Below, in pieces: positions 8,221 to 17,388 of a stretch of DNA of 33,077 nt. The notes under the pieces are model-generated. The model was not told where the DNA came from and made no database searches. It saw only the letters and a list, made by a program, of their open reading frames with translations. The position numbers were made by a program, and so were the translations under genes. Within the stretch, counting starts at the first letter, position 1. Every line of letters starts with the position of its first letter. The DNA is from Campylobacterota bacterium (GTDB lineage: Bacteria; Campylobacterota; Campylobacteria; Campylobacterales; Sulfurimonadaceae). The stretch spans positions 1 through 33,077 of the forward strand of contig JAYEMF010000118.1 in the NCBI GenBank assembly GCA_034717975.1, in the 5' to 3' direction.

Positions 8221-9603
8221 TTAGTTGAGAATATGGGTTTTAAATTTTCGGCCTTTGATCTTGCCGTTATGCAGACGATTGGCAGCTGTCTCAGCCAGAT
8301 CCGTTTCAACCGCTACGTAAGTGAAGCGGTCAAAACGGTCAATGTTTCCAATGGCACTGCTATCGATCTGGGCATCCCCTGTCAAGGCTCCCACAATGTC
8401 TCCCGGACGCAGTTTGTCTTTTTTCCCGCCGTAGATAAGCAGGGTCTTCATCGGTGCCGTGTAGTCATAAGTCTCATCCGACTTTAGCGAGTCGATTGGT
8501 GAACGGGGAAGGGTATGACCGGTATAGGCTTCAATCGTTTTGAGCCTCTGCCGATCGGAGGGTCTTAACAGCGTGAGTGCCACCCCTTTTTTACCGGCAC
8601 GTCCCGTACGGCCGATGCGGTGGACATAGACTTCCGGATCGTGCGGCAGATCATAATTGATGACGGCAGCGACATTGTCGATATCCAGACCACGGGATGC
8701 TACATCCGTTGCGATAAGGATGGTGCAGCTTCTATTGGTAAACTGTACCAGTACCTCGGTGCGTTGACGCTGATCGAGATCGCCATGCAGGGCAAGTGCG
8801 CTGAATCCATCATACTGAAGTTCATCAGCCAGCTCCTGACAGGCAATTTTAGTGTTACAGAAGATGATCGTCGCTTCACTTTTGTAGTGCGTCAGGAGAT
8901 GCATAAGCTGCTCGTGATCTATCTGTTTGGATGTCTCATAGGCCAACTGTTCAATCACTGCTGCGGAGTGTGTGCTCTCAACACTGACCTCAAGAGGATC
9001 CTGCTGTATATCACGGCTGAGCCTGGTGATATTATCGGGGAAAGTAGCCGAGAAGAGCAGGGTCTGACGTTTATGGGGAATGTTGGAGATGATCTTCAAG
9101 ATCGCTTCGTTAAAGCCCATATCGAGCATACGGTCGGCTTCATCGAGAACAAGGGTAGTGACATGATCAAGCCTCAGTGTGCCTTTGCCGAGATGATCCT
9201 GAACCCGACCGGGAGTACCTACGATGATGTGTGCCCCATGTTCAAGTGAGAGTCGTTCCGGGCCAAATGGCATACCGCCGCTAAGCAGCAGGATCTTGAC
9301 ATTATGCGTACCGCGTGCCAGACGGCGGAGCTCTTTGGCAACCTGATCAGCAAGCTCGCGGGTCGGGCAGAGAACAATGGTCTGGATGCGGAACTGTTTG
9401 ACATTGAGTTTATGGAGCAGTCCAATCCCAAATGCCGCCGTCTTGCCGCTGCCGGTCTTGGCCTTGGCAATAACATCGCGGTTCTCTAAAATAGGGGGCA
9501 GGCTCTGCGCCTGGATCGGGGTCATTTCATGGTAACCAAGGGTGTCAAGGTTGGCAAGCATATCGGGTTGTAGTGGTAGTGCTGAGAAAGAGGTATTGGA
9601 CAT
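8221..9603 (-). CDS. dbpA: ATP-dependent RNA helicase DbpA
   Basis: Q motif, GSGKT, PTRELA, DEAD, SAT, HRIGRTGR, and the C-terminal DbpA RNA-binding domain GGKKDKLRPGDIVGAL. Confidence 0.93.
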   Translation of the reverse strand: MSNTSFSALPLQPDMLANLDTLGYHEMTPIQAQSLPPILENRDVIAKAKTGSGKTAAFGIGLLHKLNVKQFRIQTIVLCPTRELADQVAKELRRLARGTHNVKILLLSGGMPFGPERLSLEHGAHIIVGTPGRVQDHLGKGTLRLDHVTTLVLDEADRMLDMGFNEAILKIISNIPHKRQTLLFSATFPDNITRLSRDIQQDPLEVSVESTHSAAVIEQLAYETSKQIDHEQLMHLLTHYKSEATIIFCNTKIACQELADELQYDGFSALALHGDLDQRQRTEVLVQFTNRSCTILIATDVASRGLDIDNVAAVINYDLPHDPEVYVHRIGRTGRAGKKGVALTLLRPSDRQRLKTIEAYTGHTLPRSPIDSLKSDETYDYTAPMKTLLIYGGKKDKLRPGDIVGALTGDAQIDSSAIGNIDRFDRFTYVAVETDLAETAANRLHNGKIKGRKFKTHILN

Positions 9604-9672
9604 TAAGGGTACTTTTTAAGTGAAAGTGTACAGTAAATTAGATAATCTTAGCTCAAAGGATAAGTTTAAATA

Positions 9673-10134
9673 ATGGTTTATAATACGCTCAACTCTTACT
9701 GGCTCTGGAAAGAGCTTGCAACGCACTTAAAATTGAGCAATCCAACCTACAAGTACTGGAAAGAGACCCAGTCGTTTAAACTGAACAATAAGTATGTCTT
9801 CTTGAAAAAGAATACGCTTCCCCCAAAGTACGAACATGCCCAGAATATTTTGACCGATCTTTCAGGTTACCTCCCCATCAAATACGCATCAGATCGTCTC
9901 AATATTGACAGCCACACCTTCACCTACAACAAGATGGCCCTGCATAATCAGTTCGAGTATAAGTTTGTAGAAGATGTGAAGTTTGTCAACCTGAAACGCT
10001 TTTTTCTGGAAAATGGCATTAAAATAAAGAAAAACAGTATGTTCCATCTCGGGCGGATAAACTCCCTTGAGATTACCCTTGATTCCACTTTTTACAAGAT
10101 CAATGATAACTATGGCATCGTCGTTTATGACTGA
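9673..10134 (+). CDS. Hypothetical protein with two HTH-like internal repeats
   Basis: AAGGA RBS upstream. Repeats LNSYWLWKELATHLKLSNPTY and LSGYLPIKYASDRLNIDSHTF. First gene of the two-component operon. Confidence 0.7.
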   Translation: MVYNTLNSYWLWKELATHLKLSNPTYKYWKETQSFKLNNKYVFLKKNTLPPKYEHAQNILTDLSGYLPIKYASDRLNIDSHTFTYNKMALHNQFEYKFVEDVKFVNLKRFFLENGIKIKKNSMFHLGRINSLEITLDSTFYKINDNYGIVVYD

Positions 10135-10146
10135 CAGTACGCTGTT

Positions 10147-11496
10147 GTGAAGACCCTTCTTTCCAAATTCGATCAGAAAAGTCTTACACTTTTTGTTACT
10201 TTGTTGAGCATCATGCTCTCTTTTGTACTAATGAAGTTGGTTTACACTGTTGCAGATCATGAAATTGATACCTTAGTCTATTTCATTGTGATTTTTATCC
10301 CGGCTATGGTTGCACCGCTTGTCACCTGGCATCTGTTCGGCCTATTGAAGGATTTTTATAAGAGTGAAAATATACGTGAAATGTTGCTTGAAGAGCTGCA
10401 AGAGATAAAAGTTAGACTGCAGGCTTCCCAAAAAATTGCCAAACTTGGATCGTGGCATTTTGATATTCAGGCAAATCGGGTTTTCTGGTCAGATGAGATC
10501 TACCGCATTTTTGAAATAGACCCTGAGCGTTTTGGTGCCTCATATGAGGCTTTTTTGGATGCAGTCCATCCGGACGATCGTGATATGGTCAATCATACCT
10601 ATTTACAATCACTTGAAGATAAGCAGCCCTACAGTATCGATCATCGGCTGAAGATGGCTGATGGTCGCATCAAATACGTCCACGAGGAGTGTGTCAGCCT
10701 CTTTAATGAGAATGGTGGACCGATCAGCTCTACGGGAACGGTGCAGGATATTACCGAGCAGGTCCTTTTGCGGCAGGAGAGTGATAAAAAACAGAAGATG
10801 CTCTTGCAACAGTCAAAAATGGCGCAGATGGGCGAGATGTTGAGCAGTATAGCCCATCAGTGGAAGCAGCCGCTGGCCCAGGTCAATTCGGTCTTGCTGG
10901 AGATGGAGAACACCTATGATCAGAAGCAGTTGACACGAGACTATTTTCATCAGCGTCTTGACAAGATCGAAACATTGACCACCCATATGGCTGAGACGAT
11001 CGAAGGTTTTCGGAATTTCTTTGAGCCTGACAAGTCAAAAGAGGTTTTTGATGCTAATGAGGCTGTTGAAGAGCTGCTCTCACTGCTGGATACGATTATG
11101 GCAGATGAAAAAATCGAGTTGAAGGTGACGGTGGATCAACAGCTGAAGATACATACCTATAAACAAGAGCTGATCCAGGTATTGCTGATCCTGATCAATA
11201 ATGCCAGAGATGCCTTGTTGGAAGAAGCGATTGAACAACCTGTTATTGCCATAAATGCACATGAAGAGAGCGGTAAGGTCTGTTTTGAAGTAGAAGATAA
11301 TGCCAAAGGCGTTCCCGATACGATCATCGAGCGGATCTTTGAACCCTATTTTACGACTAAAGAGTTTCGAGGTGGAACGGGGCTCGGACTCTATCTGGCT
11401 AAACTGATTATTGAAAACAGTATGCAGGGAGAACTGCAGGTAGAGAGCTCTCAAAAAGGAAGTGTGTTTAGGATTTTTATCGATAAAACAGAGTGA
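10147..11496 (+). CDS. PAS-domain sensor histidine kinase
   Basis: Two TM helices; PAS (GSWHFD...WSDEIYRIF...VHPDDR...GTVQDITE); H-box IAHQWKQPL; N-box NNARDA; FEPYFTTK; GTGLGL. Confidence 0.93.
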   Translation: MKTLLSKFDQKSLTLFVTLLSIMLSFVLMKLVYTVADHEIDTLVYFIVIFIPAMVAPLVTWHLFGLLKDFYKSENIREMLLEELQEIKVRLQASQKIAKLGSWHFDIQANRVFWSDEIYRIFEIDPERFGASYEAFLDAVHPDDRDMVNHTYLQSLEDKQPYSIDHRLKMADGRIKYVHEECVSLFNENGGPISSTGTVQDITEQVLLRQESDKKQKMLLQQSKMAQMGEMLSSIAHQWKQPLAQVNSVLLEMENTYDQKQLTRDYFHQRLDKIETLTTHMAETIEGFRNFFEPDKSKEVFDANEAVEELLSLLDTIMADEKIELKVTVDQQLKIHTYKQELIQVLLILINNARDALLEEAIEQPVIAINAHEESGKVCFEVEDNAKGVPDTIIERIFEPYFTTKEFRGGTGLGLYLAKLIIENSMQGELQVESSQKGSVFRIFIDKTE

Positions 11497-11532
11497 AAAA
11501 TGGTAAAATGACACTTTTTAAAGGATACCGCT

Positions 11533-12240
11533 ATGAAAGATAGTGCAAAAAAATACACGATACTTTATGCTGAAGATGAGACAGAAACACAGAAGAACTA
11601 TGCCGCTTTTCTTCAGAACACTTTTCGTAAAGTCTATCTTGCCAAAGATGGTGAAGAGGCGCTAAAGCGTTATAAGGCACATAAACCGGATATTTTGCTG
11701 CTCGATATCAATATGCCTCATATCAATGGCCTGGAGCTTGCCCAGCGTATCCGTGAAACCGACAAAACGACAAAGATCATCATGTTGACGGCTTATGCCG
11801 ACCAGGAGAAGTTACTGCTGGCGACGGAACTGCATCTGACAAAGTATCTGCAAAAACCGGTTAAACGCAACGACTTTAAAGAGACACTGCAAAAGGCAGT
11901 GGATGAACTCGAAGCAGAACGTCAAAATAATGATCTACTGCTCCTGGATGAGGCATATACCTGGAACCGGTCCATCAATTCACTTTTTCATAAGGGCAAA
12001 GAGATCTCATTGACAAAAAGTGAGCGTCTGATCCTGGAACTTTTGGCATCCAATCAAAAAGCGATCTATGCACCTGAAGATATAGCTGCTTTTTTCTATC
12101 GTAAAAAATCTCAAAAGCCTTTGACGGAAGACGGCATGAAAGGGATTATCAAGCGCTTGCGAAAAAAACTTCCCGAAACGTGTATCGATAATATCTTCGG
12201 TGTAGGATACCGCTTTCAGATTTTGGCTACTCAACCGTAG
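11533..12240 (+). CDS. OmpR-family response regulator
   Basis: Receiver YAEDE, LLDINMP, KP; winged helix IKRLRKKL...FGVGYRF. Confidence 0.93.
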   Translation: MKDSAKKYTILYAEDETETQKNYAAFLQNTFRKVYLAKDGEEALKRYKAHKPDILLLDINMPHINGLELAQRIRETDKTTKIIMLTAYADQEKLLLATELHLTKYLQKPVKRNDFKETLQKAVDELEAERQNNDLLLLDEAYTWNRSINSLFHKGKEISLTKSERLILELLASNQKAIYAPEDIAAFFYRKKSQKPLTEDGMKGIIKRLRKKLPETCIDNIFGVGYRFQILATQP

Positions 12241-12270
12241 TCGCATGCTCTTGTTTCTACAGAGTTCTTA

Positions 12271-13545
12271 ATGGATCAACATACCTCAGTCATTGAACAG
12301 CTTGCCGGTGGCAGCAATGTTTTCTTAACCGGTGGTGCCGGTGTCGGAAAGACTACTGCTACGCGTGAGATCATCAAACATTTTGAAGAAGCGGGTAAAA
12401 AAGTAGCCAAACTGGCCTCAACCGGGATGGCGGCTACCCTTATTGGCGGCCAGACCCTGCATAGCTTTTTAGACCTTGGTATTGCCGATTCGGTTGAAGA
12501 TCTTGAACAGCGTGGAAAGATCGAGGCGAAGAAGAAGATCAAAAAACTGATTGCTTCGATGGATCTGATCGTGATCGATGAGATCTCGATGGTAAGTGCT
12601 TCACTGATGGAGATGATCCGGCTGCGTCTTTTACAGGCTGAGTTTCAAGGTGTTGTCCTGGCTGTTGGTGATTTTTTACAGCTCCCGCCAGTGGTAAAAG
12701 GGTATGGATCACTTCAGTTTGCTTTCGAGTCACAGAGTTGGCAGCGTTTTAGCTTTGTGACAGTCTCTCTGACTCACAACTACCGTACTACCGATGAGGA
12801 TTTTATTGAGATACTCGATGCCGTACGTTTTGCCCGTATCGGTGATGATGAACATCTCTATCTGCATAATCTGATTAAGCCCATTGGCGGAGACCTAAGC
12901 CACTACACCTACCTCTATGGTAAAAATGCAAGTGCACAGCAGCATAACCAGACACAGCTTGCTTACATTGATTCGGAAGAGTTTGCTTTTGAGGCACAGC
13001 TTGTCCGACATGAAAAACAGGTGACAGACAGAGAGATTGAACGCTTTATGAGTGATGCCAGAGTAGAAAATATTTTGCGCTTAAAGGTAGGGGCTCCAAT
13101 TCTGTTTACGCGTAATGCCTGGAACCATTTTAACGGTGAGCGCGGACGTATCATCCGTATTGAAAAGCAGATCGTCTACATCGAAAAAGCTGACGGCTAT
13201 GTTGTGAAACTCGAACCGGCCGGTATCTCCAAAGAGAAGTGGAAAGAGAAGACAGTCGAGGGGAAAAAAGAGATGGTCGAGGTGGCTCAGTTCACTCTCT
13301 ATCAGTACCCCATCGCGCTGGCTTTTGCGATCACCATCCACAAATCACAGGGAATGAGCATCGATGACCTGATAATCGAAAGTGATGAGATCTTTGCTCC
13401 CTCACAGTTCTACGTGGCACTCTCCCGGGCAGTATCGCCGCATCGTCTGATCTTAAAACAGCCTAGCCGAAACTGGAAGCATCTGGCATTTGTGCATGAA
13501 AAAGCTATAAGTTTTGTAGAAAATCTGGGGAAGAGGGAAGTGTAA
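12271..13545 (+). CDS. PIF1/RecD-like SF1B DNA helicase
   Basis: TGGAGVGKT, GQTLHSF, IDEISM, GDFLQLPPV, LKVGAP, QYPIALAFAITIHKSQG, YVALSRA. Confidence 0.9.
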   Translation: MDQHTSVIEQLAGGSNVFLTGGAGVGKTTATREIIKHFEEAGKKVAKLASTGMAATLIGGQTLHSFLDLGIADSVEDLEQRGKIEAKKKIKKLIASMDLIVIDEISMVSASLMEMIRLRLLQAEFQGVVLAVGDFLQLPPVVKGYGSLQFAFESQSWQRFSFVTVSLTHNYRTTDEDFIEILDAVRFARIGDDEHLYLHNLIKPIGGDLSHYTYLYGKNASAQQHNQTQLAYIDSEEFAFEAQLVRHEKQVTDREIERFMSDARVENILRLKVGAPILFTRNAWNHFNGERGRIIRIEKQIVYIEKADGYVVKLEPAGISKEKWKEKTVEGKKEMVEVAQFTLYQYPIALAFAITIHKSQGMSIDDLIIESDEIFAPSQFYVALSRAVSPHRLILKQPSRNWKHLAFVHEKAISFVENLGKREV

Positions 13546-13613
13546 AGGGGGGGGAAGAGGAAAAGATATCAGGAAGTGAAAAACCTCTTTCCACTTCCCG
13601 CTTTCCTCTTTAC
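13528..13613. repeat. Inverted pair of heptamer arrays between convergent genes (possible bidirectional terminator)
   Basis: gggaaga-gggaagt-gtaaagg...gggaaga faces tctttcc-acttccc-gctttcc-tctttac. Confidence 0.75.
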
Positions 13614-13620
13614 AAAAAGA

Positions 13621-14217
13621 TTATAAATCACCTTCATGTTTCGCAAGATAATCTGCAACACCTTCTGTATCAGCTTTCATACCTTCGTCACCTTTTGCCC
13701 AACCTGCAGGACATACTTCACCGTGCTCGTTAGTAAAGAGCATAGTGTCAACCATACGGATCATCTCATCGATGTTACGGCCAAGTGGAAGGTCGTTGAT
13801 CACTGCATGACGAACTGTACCGTCTTTGTCAATCAGGAATGAACCGCGAAGGGCTACGCCGCCATCAAGAAGAACGTCGTACTCTTTAGAGATCTCTTTT
13901 GTGAGGTCAGCTACAAGTGGATAACGAACCTGGCCGATACCGCCTTCGTTTACCGGTGTGCTTTTCCATGCAAAGTGGCTGAACTGTGAGTCAACAGAAA
14001 CACCGATTACTTCGATACCGCGAGATTTGAACTCTTCAAGACGGTGGTCAAATGCAATGATCTCAGATGGACATACGAATGTAAAGTCAAGTGGGTAGAA
14101 GAACAGTACTGTACCGTTTTCGCCAAAGTTTTCATATAGGTTGAAATCGTCTTTGATCTCGTTGTTGCCCATTACTGTTGTTGCTGTAAAGTCAGGTGCT
14201 TTGTTTGTTACTAACAT
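13621..14217 (-). CDS. ahpC: 2-Cys peroxiredoxin (alkyl hydroperoxide reductase C)
   Basis: [14 protein letters not shown] and the resolving GEVCPAGW motif. Confidence 0.96.
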   Translation of the reverse strand: MLVTNKAPDFTATTVMGNNEIKDDFNLYENFGENGTVLFFYPLDFTFVCPSEIIAFDHRLEEFKSRGIEVIGVSVDSQFSHFAWKSTPVNEGGIGQVRYPLVADLTKEISKEYDVLLDGGVALRGSFLIDKDGTVRHAVINDLPLGRNIDEMIRMVDTMLFTNEHGEVCPAGWAKGDEGMKADTEGVADYLAKHEGDL

Positions 14218-14249
14218 GTTAGTCGTCTCCGTGTTAAATTTGTGGCGGA

Positions 14250-14258
14250 ATTATATCA
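14250..14258 (-). promoter_or_regulatory. Extended -10 promoter for ahpC
   Basis: Minus-strand TGATATAAT about 33 nt upstream of the ATG. Confidence 0.6.
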
Positions 14259-14319
14259 CAATGGAAAAAAATTATCCTTAATATATTTCGGTGCTCCAAA
14301 ATCTTAAACAACATTCGGC

Positions 14320-14395
14320 TATAATCCCGGACTTTCATTATTGCAGGGTGCTGTATAAGCCCCTGTATATGAGGGATATACAATAAAGGAAATCG
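14320..14395 (+). promoter_or_regulatory. metK -10 box (TATAAT 14320-14325) and structured 5' leader, candidate riboswitch
   Basis: Alternative pairings are visible, one of which includes the AAGGA SD (see findings). Confidence 0.5.
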
Positions 14396-15553
14396 ATGAC
14401 AAAAGAGTATATTTTTACTTCTGAGTCTGTAACAGAAGGGCATCCTGACAAGATGGCTGATCAGATTAGCGATGCTATTCTGGATGACATTATTGCTAAA
14501 GATCCTAAAGCACGCGTAGCGTGTGAAACATTAGTTTCAAATGGTTTTTGTGTAATTGCAGGCGAATTGAAGACAACGGCATATACCCCGATGCAGGATA
14601 TTGCACGTAAGGTAGTAAAAGAGATCGGGTATACCGATGCAAAATATGGGTTTGACCACCGTTCTGCGGCAGTCTTGAACGGAATCGGCGAGCAGTCGCC
14701 GGATATCAGCCAGGGTGTTGATCAGGAGAGCGGCGATATCGGTGCGGGCGATCAGGGCTTGATGTTCGGTTATGCCTGTCGTGAGACAGAGGTGTTGATG
14801 CCACTGCCTATACACCTCTCCCATCGTCTTACAGAGCGTCTGGCTGAAGTCCGTAAAGAGGGGATTGTTCCTTATCTTCGTCCGGATGGCAAAGCGCAGA
14901 TCTCGGTCAAATATGTTGGTCATAAGCCGGTCTCTGTTGAAACCGTTGTTGTCTCTACTCAGCATCATGATGATGTTGATCAGGAGCAGCTTCATAAAGA
15001 TATCATCGAAGAGGTGATTAAAAAAGTGATCCCGGCCGAGCTGTTAAGCGAGAATGTGAAATACCATATCAATCCGACCGGTAAATTTGTGATCGGCGGT
15101 CCTCAGGGCGATGCCGGTCTGACCGGCCGTAAGATCATTGTCGATACTTATGGTGGCGCCTGCCCGCACGGCGGCGGTGCATTCAGCGGTAAAGATCCGA
15201 CCAAAGTCGACCGTTCGGCTGCTTATGCGGCACGTCATGTGGCTAAAAACCTTGTTGCTTCGGGTGCATGTGACCGTATTACGATCCAGGTGGCTTATGC
15301 GATAGGTGTTGTTAAACCGGTCTCTATTATGGTCGACACACACGGAACGGGTGTTGTTGACGAAGAGAAGATCGAAGCATGTGTAGGCGAGCTCTTCGAC
15401 CTGACACCAAAAGGGATCATCGAGTCACTTGACCTGCTTCGCCCGATCTACCGTAAAACAGCAGCTTATGGTCACTTTGGACGTGAACTGCCTGAGTTTA
15501 CGTGGGAACGTACCGATAAGGTAGATGAAATTAGAGCGTATTTAGGTCTTTAA
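14396..15553 (+). CDS. metK: S-adenosylmethionine synthetase
   Basis: [37 protein letters not shown]. Confidence 0.98.
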   Translation: MTKEYIFTSESVTEGHPDKMADQISDAILDDIIAKDPKARVACETLVSNGFCVIAGELKTTAYTPMQDIARKVVKEIGYTDAKYGFDHRSAAVLNGIGEQSPDISQGVDQESGDIGAGDQGLMFGYACRETEVLMPLPIHLSHRLTERLAEVRKEGIVPYLRPDGKAQISVKYVGHKPVSVETVVVSTQHHDDVDQEQLHKDIIEEVIKKVIPAELLSENVKYHINPTGKFVIGGPQGDAGLTGRKIIVDTYGGACPHGGGAFSGKDPTKVDRSAAYAARHVAKNLVASGACDRITIQVAYAIGVVKPVSIMVDTHGTGVVDEEKIEACVGELFDLTPKGIIESLDLLRPIYRKTAAYGHFGRELPEFTWERTDKVDEIRAYLGL

Positions 15554-15579
15554 AGTACATTGATCTGTTTTACTCCTTA

Positions 15580-15606
15580 AAACCGATCTCTCAGATCGGT
15601 TTCTTA
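15580..15606 (+). terminator. Intrinsic terminator after metK
   Basis: AAACCGATCT-ctc-AGATCGGTTT followed by T residues. Confidence 0.7.
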
Positions 15607-15618
15607 ACAGGAGATATT

Positions 15619-15670
15619 GTGGGAACGCACTGACAAAGTAGATGAAATCAGAGAGAATTTTGGGCTTTAA
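15619..15670 (+). pseudogene. Diverged duplicate of the last 52 bp of metK
   Basis: 43/52 identical to 15502-15553; reads [16 protein letters not shown] versus [16 protein letters not shown]. Confidence 0.85.
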
Positions 15671-15683
15671 GGTTTAGATCCTA

Positions 15684-15718
15684 TCGTTATTTCAGCGAAA
15701 GTGGAAATGACGATTTTT
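15684..15718 (+). terminator. Second terminator, after the metK 3' duplicate
   Basis: ATCGTTATTTC...GAAATGACGAT followed by TTTT. Confidence 0.65.
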
Positions 15719-15876
15719 CCTTGATTTTTACATCGACATCATCATGAACCTAAAGTAACATAAGCCCGTCACCTACTCTCCCTTTTCATTTTTCATTTTT
15801 CATTTTCCGTTACTTTTTAGGTACGTTTAAAATTCTAATTGGTATAGTTCATTTGAAACTAAAAATAGGAGACTAC

Positions 15877-16161
15877 ATGGCAGTATATATTAATGATACT
15901 TGTATCAACTGTGGTGCATGTATTGATGAGTGCCCGGTAGAAGCAATTGTTGACGAAGATGATAATCCGACGGGTGAAGAGATTTACTACGTATATGGTG
16001 ACAAATGTGTTGAGTGTGTAGGCCATCACGATGAGCCGGCATGTGCAACTGCATGTCCTACTGAAGGATGTATTGTATGGGATGCTGTTGGTGAAAGTCC
16101 AGAGCACCGTGAAGACATTACTGACGAACAACGCTCTAATCAAGAGGCTATTGTCGAGTAG
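15877..16161 (+). CDS. 2x[4Fe-4S] ferredoxin (FdxA/YfhL-like)
   Basis: CINCGACIDECP and CVECVGHHDEPACATACP; AGGAG RBS before ATG 15877. Confidence 0.93.
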   Translation: MAVYINDTCINCGACIDECPVEAIVDEDDNPTGEEIYYVYGDKCVECVGHHDEPACATACPTEGCIVWDAVGESPEHREDITDEQRSNQEAIVE

Positions 16162-16327
16162 TAATACTTTTCGCAGAGCACTGTTTTTCAGTGTTCTGTA
16201 CTCTTTTTCTGAGTAGAAACGCTAGACGATTTCTACATATTCCTCTTAATTATTTTCATTTAATCTTAAACCTATTATTTTTTCGATATAATCCCACCCT
16301 ATTTTTACATATTATATAGGAGATTTG

Positions 16328-16741
16328 ATGGAACGTACCTTATCTATCATCAAGCCTGATGCAGTTGCAAAAGGTGTTATCGGTAAAATTCTTGATCGTT
16401 TTGAAAGCAATGGCCTTAAGATCGCTGCTACAAGAAAGATTCAACTTTCTCGTCAGGATGCTGAAGCGTTTTATGCTATCCATGCAGAGCGCCCTTTCTT
16501 TAACGATCTTGTTGATTTTATGATCAGCGGACCGGTTGTTGTTTCAGTTCTTGAAGGCGAAAACGCTATGCAGAAGAACCGCGACCTTATGGGTGCAACA
16601 AACCCGAAAGAAGCTGAAGCCGGAACAATCCGTGCTGATTTCGCTGAAAATATCGATGCTAATGCTGTTCACGGCAGTGACTCGGTAGAGAATGCGGCGA
16701 TTGAAATCAAATTCTTCTTCTCGGACAGAGAGATTTCATAA
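16328..16741 (+). CDS. ndk: Nucleoside diphosphate kinase
   Basis: [27 protein letters not shown]. Confidence 0.98.
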   Translation: MERTLSIIKPDAVAKGVIGKILDRFESNGLKIAATRKIQLSRQDAEAFYAIHAERPFFNDLVDFMISGPVVVSVLEGENAMQKNRDLMGATNPKEAEAGTIRADFAENIDANAVHGSDSVENAAIEIKFFFSDREIS

Positions 16742-16747
16742 CCTGCG

Positions 16748-17104
16748 ATGAACATCCCGTTCAGACGTATAGGGAGCACACCTCAAGAGTTTGAAGTGAC
16801 GCAAGAGGATGCTCTCCTTAAGGGTACGCTCGTCTTTAAAAAGCGTAACCTTATTTTCATGCAGGCACACCTTCAGGGAAAAGTTTCGGTTCCCTGTGAT
16901 ATATGTGCTGAACAATTCGATATAATGTTGGACGATGAAGTAGAACTGCTTCTTTCTGATGGCATATACAATGGATCAGACGAACAGTTTGACATTATTG
17001 AGATGGACAATGGCATCGATACCGATGCCTTGTTACATGCAGAGATCGAATTGATCCGAAGCGACTATCACAGTTGTGAAAACTGTAAAAATCAGGGTTC
17101 TTGA
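16748..17104 (+). CDS. YceD/DUF177 family protein
   Basis: CDIC and C-terminal CENC motifs; sits in the conserved position upstream of rpmF-plsX. Confidence 0.8.
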   Translation: MNIPFRRIGSTPQEFEVTQEDALLKGTLVFKKRNLIFMQAHLQGKVSVPCDICAEQFDIMLDDEVELLLSDGIYNGSDEQFDIIEMDNGIDTDALLHAEIELIRSDYHSCENCKNQGS

Positions 17105-17134
17105 TTAAAGAGCACTGTTACTCCGACAGGAGAG

Positions 17135-17215
17135 GCTTTCACTAGAAGTCATTTAGTTATTTCTAGTATCGGCCTAGCGTAGCTAAATGGGCTTCACCTG
17201 TTTAGTGTTTAAAAT
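17135..17215. repeat. Multi-hairpin intergenic repeat element, copy 2 (short form)
   Basis: Colinear match to 4122-4161 plus 4220-4260. Confidence 0.8.
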
Positions 17216-17235
17216 CAAATGAAAAGGAATATAAT

Positions 17236-17385
17236 ATGGCAGTACCTAAGAGACGCGTATCACATTCACGCGCAGCAAAACGTAGAACTCACTACAAGAT
17301 TACATTGGCTCGCCCAGTTAAAGACAAAGACGGAACTTATAAACTTCCACATCATGTCAACCCGACTACCGGCGAGTATAAGTAA
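17236..17385 (+). CDS. rpmF: 50S ribosomal protein L32 (49 aa, Cys-free form)
   Basis: Not in the ORF track; translates [49 protein letters not shown] with an AAGGA RBS. Confidence 0.96.
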   Translation: MAVPKRRVSHSRAAKRRTHYKITLARPVKDKDGTYKLPHHVNPTTGEYK

Positions 17386-17388
17386 TTG

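Noticed and set aside
8233..9489. Long ORFs opposite dbpA (e.g. 8620-9249), and similar ones overlapping metK, plsX, the DEAD-box helicase and rmuC
   Set aside because: They lie entirely within well-supported genes and are expected from codon bias.
13547..13554. G8 tract as a phase-variation site
   Set aside because: It lies after the helicase stop within the heptamer repeat, outside any CDS or promoter.
16174..16236. Two hairpins after the ferredoxin gene as an ncRNA
   Set aside because: Adequately explained as terminator structures; the 11-bp AGAGCACTGTT shared with the region near 17110 is too short to support a family.
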